32,109 nt of DNA from an uncultured candidatus Brocadiaceae bacterium (GTDB lineage Bacteria; Planctomycetota; Brocadiia; SM23-32), in NCBI GenBank assembly GCA_964534775.1, contig CAZHPE010000001.1, forward strand, positions 33,009 through 65,117. Reading direction: 5' to 3'. The position numbers and the translations under genes were made by a program. This document shows, one piece after another, positions 17,047 to 25,051 of the stretch (positions are counted from its first letter, which is position 1; every line of letters begins with the position of its first letter). The notes under the pieces are model-generated. The model was not told the DNA's origin and ran no database searches. It was given only the letters and a program-made list of their open reading frames with translations.

Positions 17047-17176
17047 GCTCTGTTGAAAAGCTCCATCCCGGTAGCCCCCGGCGCCAGAGCCGGGGGTGTC
17101 AGAAGCGCCATGCGGCCGGGCGAGACGCCCGGCCTACCCAAACACTGAGAAGGCGAGAACGGGTTTTCAACGGAGC
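17047..17176. mobile_element. 130-bp MITE-like element enclosing an inverted pair of GTAG REP-like hairpins
   Basis: Terminal inverted repeats GCTCTGTTGAAAA (17047-17059) and TTTTCAACGGAGC (17164-17176), 12/13 match. Inside are GTAG-CCCCCGGC-N6-GCCGGGGG (17071-17096) and, on the opposite strand, GTAG-GCCGGGCG-TCT-CGCCCGGC (17115-17137). Confidence 0.65.
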
Positions 17177-17205
17177 AACGCCCTCTCGCAGTCGTATGAG
17201 CCGAT

Positions 17206-18555
17206 TCACCCGGACCCGTAGATCGAGCCTTCCGCGTGCGGGAATATGCGGTCGTCCTCGTGCTCCATGGCCACGTCCAGATTATCGAACACTTTGTGGA
17301 AGGCCTTGACGTAGAGCTTCATCTGCCGGAGCATGTTGGGCGGATGGATGCCGTGGACGACCGTGTAGCTCTCGCACAGCGCCTGGGCGACCGGATAGTC
17401 GTCCGGGTTGTAGGGCTGGTCGGAGCGTTTCCTTTTCTTCATCTTCCCCTTGTACTTGTCGCAGTCCCACGGGCACCCGGTCTTCGCGTAGCCCCACATC
17501 GTCTGAAACAGGTCCTGCGCCGGCACGGGCATGGTCTGCCACTGGCCTATCGCAAGGCCCTCCTTGTAGAGCGCCTTCTCGACGGCCGTGCGGAACTGGG
17601 CCGGGCTCGCCTTCACGCCGGCCTTCGTCGGGTCGAAGCGCACGTTATACATGAAGTAGACGTGCGTCTGCTTCGGCGGCACGTACGGGGGTATGACGCC
17701 GGGGATCTTGCCGAGTTCTTCGGTCAGATAGGCCGCGTTCGCCTGGCGCCGGGCGTTGAGGCGGTCCAGCTTGTGAAGCTGCGCCCGCGCGAAGGCGGCC
17801 GGGAGCTCCTGCGTGCGGTACATGTAGCCGAGGATGCTCGCATTGTAAACGCGCAACTGGCTCTCGTCGTCCACCTCGTCGCCGAACATGCGCACGAGGC
17901 CGGCCCGGTGGGCCCAGGTCTCGTCATCGGTCACCAGCAGGCCGCCTTCGCCGCCGCAGAGGTTCTTCAGGTTGTTCAGGCTGAAGCACGCCATGTCCCC
18001 GATAGATCCCGACACCTTGCCCTTGTAGGTTGCGCCGTGGGCCTGCGCGGCGTCCTCGATGACGACTATGTTGTGTTTCCTCGCGATGCGCACGATCTTG
18101 TCCATGTCGGCCATCAGGCCCTGGATGTGCGGCACGACGATCGCTTTGGTCCGCCGCGTGATGGATGCCTCGATCTTCCTCGGGTCCATGTTGTAGGTGC
18201 GCGGGTCGATGTCGACGAACACCGGCACGGCGTTCTGGTGCAGCGCGCAACTGGCCGAGGCCAGGAACGTGAAGGCGGAGGTAATGACCTCAGAGCCCGG
18301 CCCCACCTGCGCCGCCGCCAGCGCCATCTGAAGCGCCGCCGTGCCGCTGTTGGTGGCCAGGCAGAACTTCCGACCGCAGTACTTCGCCCATTCCTTCTCC
18401 AGCTTCACAGCCTCCGGTGCGGTGCCGCCGGCCACGACGCCGCGCTCCAGCACCCGAAGGACGGCCTTCCGGTCCGTCGCGTCCAGAACCGGCCAATTCC
18501 TGATAGTGCCCTTGGGCACCGCGGGCCTGCCGCCCGCCACTGCCAGTCTTGCCAT
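17206..18555 (-). CDS. DegT/DnrJ/EryC1/StrS family PLP-dependent sugar/cyclitol aminotransferase
   Basis: LAVAGG, NSGTAAL, FTFLAS, PVFVDID, IEDAAQAHGA, FSLNNLKNL..GEGG, GYMYR. Confidence 0.93.
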   Translation of the reverse strand: MARLAVAGGRPAVPKGTIRNWPVLDATDRKAVLRVLERGVVAGGTAPEAVKLEKEWAKYCGRKFCLATNSGTAALQMALAAAQVGPGSEVITSAFTFLASASCALHQNAVPVFVDIDPRTYNMDPRKIEASITRRTKAIVVPHIQGLMADMDKIVRIARKHNIVVIEDAAQAHGATYKGKVSGSIGDMACFSLNNLKNLCGGEGGLLVTDDETWAHRAGLVRMFGDEVDDESQLRVYNASILGYMYRTQELPAAFARAQLHKLDRLNARRQANAAYLTEELGKIPGVIPPYVPPKQTHVYFMYNVRFDPTKAGVKASPAQFRTAVEKALYKEGLAIGQWQTMPVPAQDLFQTMWGYAKTGCPWDCDKYKGKMKKRKRSDQPYNPDDYPVAQALCESYTVVHGIHPPNMLRQMKLYVKAFHKVFDNLDVAMEHEDDRIFPHAEGSIYGSG

Positions 18556-18593
18556 CTTCTCAATCTCCCGAAAGCTTGGGACAGATAGTGGGT

Positions 18594-19901
18594 TCAGTGC
18601 GTCGCCTTCGCGTTGAGCCGCCTCAAGAGCGCCAGGGCGTGCTCCGCGATGATGTCCTCGGCGTGCGCATCCAGTTGACCGGACCCCGGCCGCGTGGCGT
18701 AGCCGCCCTCTTCGATCGCGCGGGCCGTGGGAACGTAGCCGAACGATCCGTTGGCGAGGTCGACGATGAACGTGTGCTCGATGGGGCTCGCGCGCTTGAT
18801 CTGCAGGCCGATCTCCGTGAACAACTCCCCGGGATAGCTCACGAACGCCGCGCCCCCCAGCGTGAAGCCGACCATATCGAGTTCGTAGTTGTCAATGCCG
18901 TTGTCCGCCAGTTCCACGCACATCCGCGCGTATATCTCGTCATCGATGCCGTCGCGGATGTTCACAACGTGCTCACCCGTTTCGGCGGCGATCTTGCGGG
19001 CCCACTTCAGGTAATCCGGGTCGATCGTGCGTTTGGCCACCGGATAACTCGTGCGCACCGCAGCGGCCAGGTCGCATGCCGGCCGTATGTCTTTGGCCAC
19101 GCTCAGCACCTCACGGGCCAGCCACGTGCCCTTGCGCTCCACCCCATCCCAGTCGCGCTCGCGGAAGGCGGGGATGTCCACGCTGCCCTGCGCGCCGTTG
19201 GTGAACAGGGCCACGCCTCCCAACTCTCCCTCGATCATGGCGGAGGCGAAGGCGGGATAGTCGCCGCTGAGTTCGAACCAGGTGCCCGGCGGCGTGTTCG
19301 GGTGGCCGGCGTGGTTGTAGATTACGGCGATGGTGGGGCCGTCCACGGCGTCGATGCGCACGACGCCCACCTCCGGATCGGCCGGCCCGGCCGGGCCCAG
19401 AATGTCGTCCCAGGGGAAATCCTCCCAGTTCATCATGATCGTGCCGTCTTTTCGCCAGAGCCGGCGGCACTCGCTGATGGTGAACTCCTGCCCCGAGCCG
19501 GAGCCCGCGAGGGCCGGCGCGGCGTTGTGCCGGGCCTCTGCGACGAGGTGCGCGAGCTTATCCACCAGCCACGCGTTGTACTCCGTCTCGCGCGGGCAGA
19601 GAAACCCGCGGGTCGCCGGGCCGGAATGGACGTGCGCGCAGGCGATGAGCTGCCTCTCGGGCCGGATGCCGGCCGCGTCCGAGATGGCGGCGCGAATTTC
19701 GGCGACCGTATCCTCCCAGAGCCCGCAGATCTCCGCACTCACCAGCGCGAAAGGCCCGTCTGCGCCCTCCACGACCAGCGCGCGCGCCGAGAGGGGATCG
19801 TGCACGCCCTCGCTCTTGCGGTCCCGCGGGTTCCCGTCCATCCACACCGGGTAATCCGGCGTGATGTCGGTCTTCGCCGCTCCGGCCTTCAGCTTCGACA
19901 T
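18594..19901 (-). CDS. Neutral/alkaline ceramidase-like amidohydrolase
   Basis: AGAAKTDITP, VHDPLSARAL, AHVHSGP, NHAGHP, SGDYP, NGAQG, PGELFTEIG, GYVPT...GGY. Confidence 0.8.
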   Translation of the reverse strand: MSKLKAGAAKTDITPDYPVWMDGNPRDRKSEGVHDPLSARALVVEGADGPFALVSAEICGLWEDTVAEIRAAISDAAGIRPERQLIACAHVHSGPATRGFLCPRETEYNAWLVDKLAHLVAEARHNAAPALAGSGSGQEFTISECRRLWRKDGTIMMNWEDFPWDDILGPAGPADPEVGVVRIDAVDGPTIAVIYNHAGHPNTPPGTWFELSGDYPAFASAMIEGELGGVALFTNGAQGSVDIPAFRERDWDGVERKGTWLAREVLSVAKDIRPACDLAAAVRTSYPVAKRTIDPDYLKWARKIAAETGEHVVNIRDGIDDEIYARMCVELADNGIDNYELDMVGFTLGGAAFVSYPGELFTEIGLQIKRASPIEHTFIVDLANGSFGYVPTARAIEEGGYATRPGSGQLDAHAEDIIAEHALALLRRLNAKATH

Positions 19902-20006
19902 TTCCTCTCCCTTTCCCGTGGCAATCACGGTCGTGTTTTGCGCCTGGGTCCTTCGTTGCCAAGAGCGCGCCTCGGCGGGCGTAGTTCGGGCGGGCGGACC
20001 AGCCGG

Positions 20007-21200
20007 TCAGGATCGGGCGAAAACAACCTTGCCGCGGATGATCGTTGTCTCGACCTGCATGTTCTCGTCCGCGATGCAGATGTCGGCGTCCTTGCCCGCT
20101 TCCAGGCTACCCTTTCGCCGGTTTGCACGGATGAGGCGCGCCGGGTTCAGCGTGGCCATCTGGACGGCCTGGCACAGGGGCAGCTCGGCCATGCGTGACA
20201 TGTTGATCACGCCCTTGTTGAGCGTCAGCAGGCTGCCTGACAGCCCCAGCGTGTCCGCGGTCCTGCACGAGACGCCGTCGGAGACGACCGGCATTCCGGG
20301 CGCGAACTCGTACCTGCCCGGCGGCATGCCAGCGGCCTTTGTGCTGTCGGTGACGATCACGAGCCGGTCCACGCCCTTGGCGCGCACCGCGAGCTTCATG
20401 AGCAGCGGCTGCACGTGGATGCCGTCCACGATGAGCTCGGCGCACAGACGGTCCTCGCACAGGATCAGGTCCGCCAGCGCCGGCCACTCGGTGCCCGGCT
20501 CCACCTCCGGCGAGCGGGGCCGCATGGCGTCGTAGAGGTGGATGACGTGGCTGGCGCCCGCATCGACCGCTTTCGCGAACACCTTTGCGTCCGCTTCCGA
20601 GTGCCCGATCGCTGCCACGACGCGATTCGCCGCCAGCCTCTTGATGAACCCGATCGCCCCCTTCAACTCCGGCGAGAGCGTGACTATCTTGACGATCCCC
20701 TTCCCCAGGCGGATCAACCGCTCCTGTGCCTGCGCCGAGGGGACGGCGAGGTGTCTTCCCGGGAACGCGCCGTATGCGGGATGGAAGTACGGTCCCTCCA
20801 GGTGCACGCCGAGGATCTGCGCGCCGTCGTAAGAGTCCCGGGCCGCGGCCCTCACCTCATCGAGGCATTCTCTCAGCTCCTGCTCGCCCAGGCAGCCGAG
20901 CGTCGGCAGGAACCCGGTCACGCCGTAGCGGATCAGGTTGCGCCGGATGTTCAGGACCGCCTCGGCGCCCTCATTGGCGTTGGTGCCGCACATGCCGTGA
21001 ATATGCGTCCCGATCAACCCCGGCAGGACCTTCTTGCCGTGCGCCGATATCCTGCGAGCCCCCTTCGGGACGGTCACTTTCCGGGCAGGACCGACCGCGG
21101 CGATCTTCCCGCCCTTGAGTACCACGCGCCCGGACCGGATGGTCTCCAGCGGTGTGATGACCTCGCCGCCGCTGATTACGAGCAGGTCGCCCTTGGCCAT
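20007..21200 (-). CDS. nagA: N-acetylglucosamine-6-phosphate deacetylase family amidohydrolase
   Basis: PGLIGTHIHG, GVTGFLPTL, HLEGPY, IGHS, HLYDAM, IVDGIH, VTDS, LSGS, NPA, GKDAD. The exact substrate is uncertain. Confidence 0.82.
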   Translation of the reverse strand: MAKGDLLVISGGEVITPLETIRSGRVVLKGGKIAAVGPARKVTVPKGARRISAHGKKVLPGLIGTHIHGMCGTNANEGAEAVLNIRRNLIRYGVTGFLPTLGCLGEQELRECLDEVRAAARDSYDGAQILGVHLEGPYFHPAYGAFPGRHLAVPSAQAQERLIRLGKGIVKIVTLSPELKGAIGFIKRLAANRVVAAIGHSEADAKVFAKAVDAGASHVIHLYDAMRPRSPEVEPGTEWPALADLILCEDRLCAELIVDGIHVQPLLMKLAVRAKGVDRLVIVTDSTKAAGMPPGRYEFAPGMPVVSDGVSCRTADTLGLSGSLLTLNKGVINMSRMAELPLCQAVQMATLNPARLIRANRRKGSLEAGKDADICIADENMQVETTIIRGKVVFARS

Positions 21201-21221
21201 GTAACGGTCACCTCCCCTTGC

Positions 21222-21998
21222 TCACTTGCACGTGCGGCCGGCGTCCACGGGCAGGTTCACGCCCGTGATGTAGGCCGCGGCGTCGCTGGCCAGGAACACG
21301 ATCGCGCCCTTCAGGTCGTTGTCGCCCGCCATGCGGCCGAGGCACGTGCTCTTCTCGTAGCGCCACAGGAACCCCTGCTCTTGGTCGGTGAAGTAACCGC
21401 CCGGCGAGATGGTGTTGCATCGCACCCCGCGCGCTCCGTAGTGGGCGGCCACATAGCGTGTGAGGTTGATCATGCCGGCCTTGTGGAAGAAGTAGTCCGG
21501 CGGCTGGGGCCAGCCAACTTCCTCGTAGATCCAGAGGTCTGGCCCGACCATCCCGAAGATCGAGCTGATGTTGATGATGCTGCCGCGCCCGGCATCCCCC
21601 ATCTTCTCGGCGAAGGCCCGCGTGACCAGAAACAGGCCGGTGGCGTTGACCTCCATGCTCTCTTTCCACGTCTCGACGGGATCGGTCCAGGCTTTCATAG
21701 GCCGGAGCACGGAGTTGTTCACGAGCACGTCCAATTGCCCCGCCTGATCGTAGATCGTGTCGCGAAGGGCGAGGATGGATTCTTCCTCGGCGAGGTCGAA
21801 CTGAAGCGCCGTCACGTCCAGGCCCCGGGCGCGCTCCTGCTCGGCCACTTCCTCCAGGGCCGCCAGGTTGCGCGAGGCCACGAAGGTCTTTGCGCCAGCC
21901 TCCGCGACCCCCGCGACGATCTGCCGCCCGTACAGGCCCGCCCCGCCCGTCACGAGCGCGACTTTCCCTTCGAGGGAAAAGCTCTCCATAACGTTCAT
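21222..21998 (-). CDS. Short-chain dehydrogenase/reductase (SDR)
   Basis: LVTGGAGLYG, LVNNS, NISSIFG, YFFHK (YxxxK), RCNTISPGG; ATGA overlap with the upstream aldolase. Confidence 0.92.
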   Translation of the reverse strand: MNVMESFSLEGKVALVTGGAGLYGRQIVAGVAEAGAKTFVASRNLAALEEVAEQERARGLDVTALQFDLAEEESILALRDTIYDQAGQLDVLVNNSVLRPMKAWTDPVETWKESMEVNATGLFLVTRAFAEKMGDAGRGSIINISSIFGMVGPDLWIYEEVGWPQPPDYFFHKAGMINLTRYVAAHYGARGVRCNTISPGGYFTDQEQGFLWRYEKSTCLGRMAGDNDLKGAIVFLASDAAAYITGVNLPVDAGRTCK

Positions 21999-22798
21999 GT
22001 CGCCGAGTCCTTTCCCGCTGGAATCAAACCGGTTTTGGCAACGGTCTCGATCACGCCGTCGAAATACTTCCAGAGGCCCACCACGTCCGCGCAGACGTTC
22101 AGGAACCGGTAGCCCATCTCCCACATCTTCGGCACGTCCGCCGGGGCGCACACGGTGCCCGCGAACTTGCCGTGCCTAGCGGCGGCCTCGACGACGGCCG
22201 CGCGGGCGTCCGCTATCTCCGGAGCGTCCCACTGCCCGAGCTTGCCGATGCCGTGGGAGAAGTCGCCCGGGCCGTACAGCAGCATGTCGTAGCCCGGCAC
22301 CGCCGCGATCTCGTCCAGCTCTTCGAGCGGCTCGGGGTCCTCAATCTGGAACACGATGAAGCGCTCCCGGTTCGCCTGCTCGGTGTAGGTGAGCGGGTCG
22401 ATCTTGCAGAAGAAGCCGTCGAGGTTCCCGCCGTCGAGCGGCCGCCGGCCGACGGGATGGAACCGCGTCATGCGCACGACCTCGCGGGCCTGCTGCGCGC
22501 TCAGGATGTGCGGCACCATGATGCCCGTCGCGTCCATCTCGAGCGGGCGGATGTAGTCGGAGTAGCTCCCCCGGCAGACGCGGACCATCGCGTCGACGTC
22601 GTGGAGCTTCGCCGCGCGCACTTGGTTCTCCAGGGGGATCCAGTCGGTCGGCACGTGCTCGTTGCAGAGCCAGATACAGTCGAAACCGCTCGACGCCGCG
22701 ATCTCGACCATGCGCGGGTCGGCGGAGTTGATCTTCGCGCCGATCGCCAGGCGTCCTTCGCGCAGCTTTCGCAGAACCCGGCTCGGTCTCATTTCCAT
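21995..22798 (-). CDS. HpcH/HpaI family aldolase
   Basis: FDCIWLCNEHVP, MVRV, GIMVPHI, FHPVGRR, FQIED, GPGDFS. Confidence 0.9.
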   Translation of the reverse strand: MEMRPSRVLRKLREGRLAIGAKINSADPRMVEIAASSGFDCIWLCNEHVPTDWIPLENQVRAAKLHDVDAMVRVCRGSYSDYIRPLEMDATGIMVPHILSAQQAREVVRMTRFHPVGRRPLDGGNLDGFFCKIDPLTYTEQANRERFIVFQIEDPEPLEELDEIAAVPGYDMLLYGPGDFSHGIGKLGQWDAPEIADARAAVVEAAARHGKFAGTVCAPADVPKMWEMGYRFLNVCADVVGLWKYFDGVIETVAKTGLIPAGKDSAT

Positions 22799-22819
22799 AC
22801 GCTTTCTCCTCGGTGGCCC

Positions 22820-23278
22820 CTACGAGGCGCCCTCGGGCGCCTGCTTCCTCACGTCCTTTATCACCACGCTGCACCGGGCCCTGTGGCACTCGGATCTGTC
22901 GGGTATGTGCTTGAAGCCCAGGGGGTCGAGGACGCGCTGGTAGAGCACGTCGCAGTGGCCGCAGTAGTCGTGGTACGGTTCGATGTGGGTCAGCTCCAGC
23001 AGGAGTCCCTTCGAGGGGCAGTGGTGCATGTTGATCCGGAACTCGCCCGCCTCCTCGTCCAACGCCATCGTAAAGTCGGCGGCCTCCTCGTTGAGCGTGT
23101 GGGTCCAGTAGAGCCAGCAGCCGCGTATGCCGTGCTCTGTCACAAGGTCGCGCAGGTTGCCCAGGAAGGTGTCGGAGAGATAGTTCCAGAAATCGACGAC
23201 GGCCTCCGTGCCGCCCTCCTGCTCCAGGAACTTGAACAACTCGGAATACGCCGGGATGAAGTCCGTGCAAGGTATCAT
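22820..23278 (-). CDS. Hypothetical Cys/His-rich small protein, possibly V4R/ATC-hydrolase-like fold
   Basis: GGAGG RBS 5 nt before ATG 23278; MHHCPSKG...DYCGHC...ECHRARC. The fold assignment is inference. Confidence 0.75.
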   Translation of the reverse strand: MIPCTDFIPAYSELFKFLEQEGGTEAVVDFWNYLSDTFLGNLRDLVTEHGIRGCWLYWTHTLNEEAADFTMALDEEAGEFRINMHHCPSKGLLLELTHIEPYHDYCGHCDVLYQRVLDPLGFKHIPDRSECHRARCSVVIKDVRKQAPEGAS

Positions 23279-23280
23279 GG

Positions 23281-23742
23281 TCACCTCCGATAGAACCGCA
23301 CGACGGAGCGCCCCGTCCCCTCATCGTACTCGGGCATCTCCGCGGCGAACGGAGTTCCCTCGCAGAGGGCTTCGTTGACCGTTCCGGTCGTTTCGCGCCA
23401 GAGCCGGGCCACGTGGTATCCGTGCTCGCGCATGTGCATGACGGCGGGGCAGGCCTCGACCTCTATGACCAGTTCGTCCTCGGACAGCCGCGTCTTGACC
23501 TTGCCGCCCTCGAGCTCGTAGATATTCTCAAAATGCTCCTTGATGGCCTTGAGGCCATGTTCCTTCACGGCCTCGATGAGGGGCGCGTAGAAGGCGGCGG
23601 TGAACTGGCGCAGATACCGTTGGACGGCCCCTTCGCCGAAGTGCTCGTGCACGTACTCGACGCCCCGGCTCAAGGCCCCGTGGAAGTCCTTGTGCAGATA
23701 CGCATTGTCCGAGGCCCGCCTCCGCATCACTTCCTTAGGCAT
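23281..23742 (-). CDS. Hypothetical small protein, possibly V4R/ATC-hydrolase-like fold
   Basis: Overlaps the DHDPS-like stop by 8 bp; LHKDFHG, FGEGAV..YL, EVEACPAV, C-terminal RSVVRF. Length and layout resemble the neighbouring gene. Confidence 0.75.
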   Translation of the reverse strand: MPKEVMRRRASDNAYLHKDFHGALSRGVEYVHEHFGEGAVQRYLRQFTAAFYAPLIEAVKEHGLKAIKEHFENIYELEGGKVKTRLSEDELVIEVEACPAVMHMREHGYHVARLWRETTGTVNEALCEGTPFAAEMPEYDEGTGRSVVRFYRR

Positions 23743-24685
23743 GGCTTTCCCCTTTACGCGGCATCAACACGTCGACATCCCGCTCCAGCACGCGCGCAAT
23801 GGCCTTGACGCATGAGGCCGTGAGCGGGTAATCCGGGAAGTTCTTCCACGTCCGGAAGACCCCCATCTCGACCAGGAGCTTCTTCTCGCCCGAGAGCCAG
23901 CACGTGAGCTTCTTGCCGCCGTATACGGCGAACATGATGCGGCTCATGCGCCTCTGAAGGCGCTCTACGAGGGCAAAGTCGCCCGCCTGCGCGGCCGCGA
24001 CAATCATGTTCGCCAGGTAGCCGTTGAACACCCCGCCGCCGAGCAGCAGCCCGTTGTAGCCCGCCTTCATGTAGACGTCGCACTGCCACTCGTTCCCGTT
24101 CAGAAGCCGCAGGGCGGGGCGTTTGCGCCTCGCAGCCAGGGCGATCTTGCAGCGCCCGGGGTCCGACGAACTGTCCTTGACCAGGATGACTTTCTTCTCG
24201 GCATATATTTTGCCCAGGTCCGCGTTGCTCACGGCGAAGCCGTTTGTGCCCGGCCGGTCGTAGATGCCCACTGGCAGGGGGCTCTTGCGGATGGCCTCCT
24301 GGTAGAGGCCCAGCATCTTGCCGGCCATCAACGGGAACGGAAAATAGGGGGGTGCGATGACGGCGATGTCGGCCCCGTCCCCCTTGACAACGCGCGCGTT
24401 CTCAAGGATTCGGGCGGCCGAATTGTCCGTCACCTGGACGGCGATCGGCAGCCGGCCCTTCGCGCACCTGACCACGGTGCTGACAAGCACGCGCCGGTGC
24501 TCGTCCGTCATCCAGGGACCCTCGCCGTTCGTCCCCGCCAGGAACAGCCCCTTCACGCCGAGGCGCAGGTGGTGCTCGACCATTCGCCTGACCGCCACCG
24601 TGTCCACTTGCATCCGGTCCGTGAACGGCGTCGGCGCTGCGGACCAGACGCCCGAAAGCCTTTCAGCCGCAAACTTTGATCCCAT
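23735..24685 (-). CDS. DHDPS/NanA family class I aldolase/lyase
   Basis: APTPF, GLFLAGTNGEG, APPYF, GIYDRP (catalytic Tyr), VKDSS (Schiff-base Lys). Alternative start at 24691. Confidence 0.9.
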   Translation of the reverse strand: MGSKFAAERLSGVWSAAPTPFTDRMQVDTVAVRRMVEHHLRLGVKGLFLAGTNGEGPWMTDEHRRVLVSTVVRCAKGRLPIAVQVTDNSAARILENARVVKGDGADIAVIAPPYFPFPLMAGKMLGLYQEAIRKSPLPVGIYDRPGTNGFAVSNADLGKIYAEKKVILVKDSSSDPGRCKIALAARRKRPALRLLNGNEWQCDVYMKAGYNGLLLGGGVFNGYLANMIVAAAQAGDFALVERLQRRMSRIMFAVYGGKKLTCWLSGEKKLLVEMGVFRTWKNFPDYPLTASCVKAIARVLERDVDVLMPRKGESHA

Positions 24686-24737
24686 TGTCATCCTGCCTTG
24701 AAGGGTATGCCAACCGGCCCCGTCCCTGGTTCGCGAG

Positions 24738-24766
24738 AGTCTATCAGATAGGGAATGATCCCACAA
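24738..24766 (-). promoter_or_regulatory. Candidate promoter for the 13-gene minus-strand cluster
   Basis: TTGTGG-N17-TAGACT with TGn, overlapped by the palindrome CTATC-A-GATAG (24741-24751). Confidence 0.4.
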
Positions 24767-24786
24767 AAGCCCGCCCATTTGGCGGG
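24763..24786 (-). terminator. Terminator-like hairpin in the divergent intergenic region
   Basis: Minus strand CCCGCC-AAATG-GGCGGG followed by CTTTTGT. Confidence 0.35.
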
Positions 24787-24828
24787 GGCGCGCGCCACCG
24801 GCGTCGTCGATCCGGGACGCACTATGGT

Positions 24829-24856
24829 AGAATATCACATCCGGCGTGGTTTTCAA
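24829..24856 (-). promoter_or_regulatory. Second candidate minus-strand promoter
   Basis: TTGAAA-N16-TATTCT with TGn; it overlaps a plus-strand TGG-TAGAAT (24825-24833). Confidence 0.4.
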
Positions 24857-24897
24857 TGGGATGAGCCCGCTTCGTCGCCGCCGCGTCCGGCTCGTTA

Positions 24898-24926
24898 TTG
24901 ACAGACGCGCGCCGGGGCCATACATT
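24898..24926 (+). promoter_or_regulatory. sigma70 promoter for the isomerase-RLP-kinase operon
   Basis: TTGACA-N17-TACATT. Confidence 0.7.
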
Positions 24927-25051
24927 GCTTGTCGAACGTCCGCCGTGCGGCGCGCGGCGGGCAGGACGGGCGATGGCAGGCGCAGTGCGTGCGTTCGGCG
25001 TGCGACGTTCAGTGTCAGGTTTTTTCCGCTACCAGGTAGGAGGTCTTCACC

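Noticed and set aside
6281-22112. Long plus-strand ORFs (e.g. 6281-8035, 8135-9592, 11541-13994, 17236-18588, 18549-20198, 20415-22112)
   Set aside because: Antisense shadows of well-supported minus-strand genes, expected in high-GC DNA; they carry no recognisable motifs.
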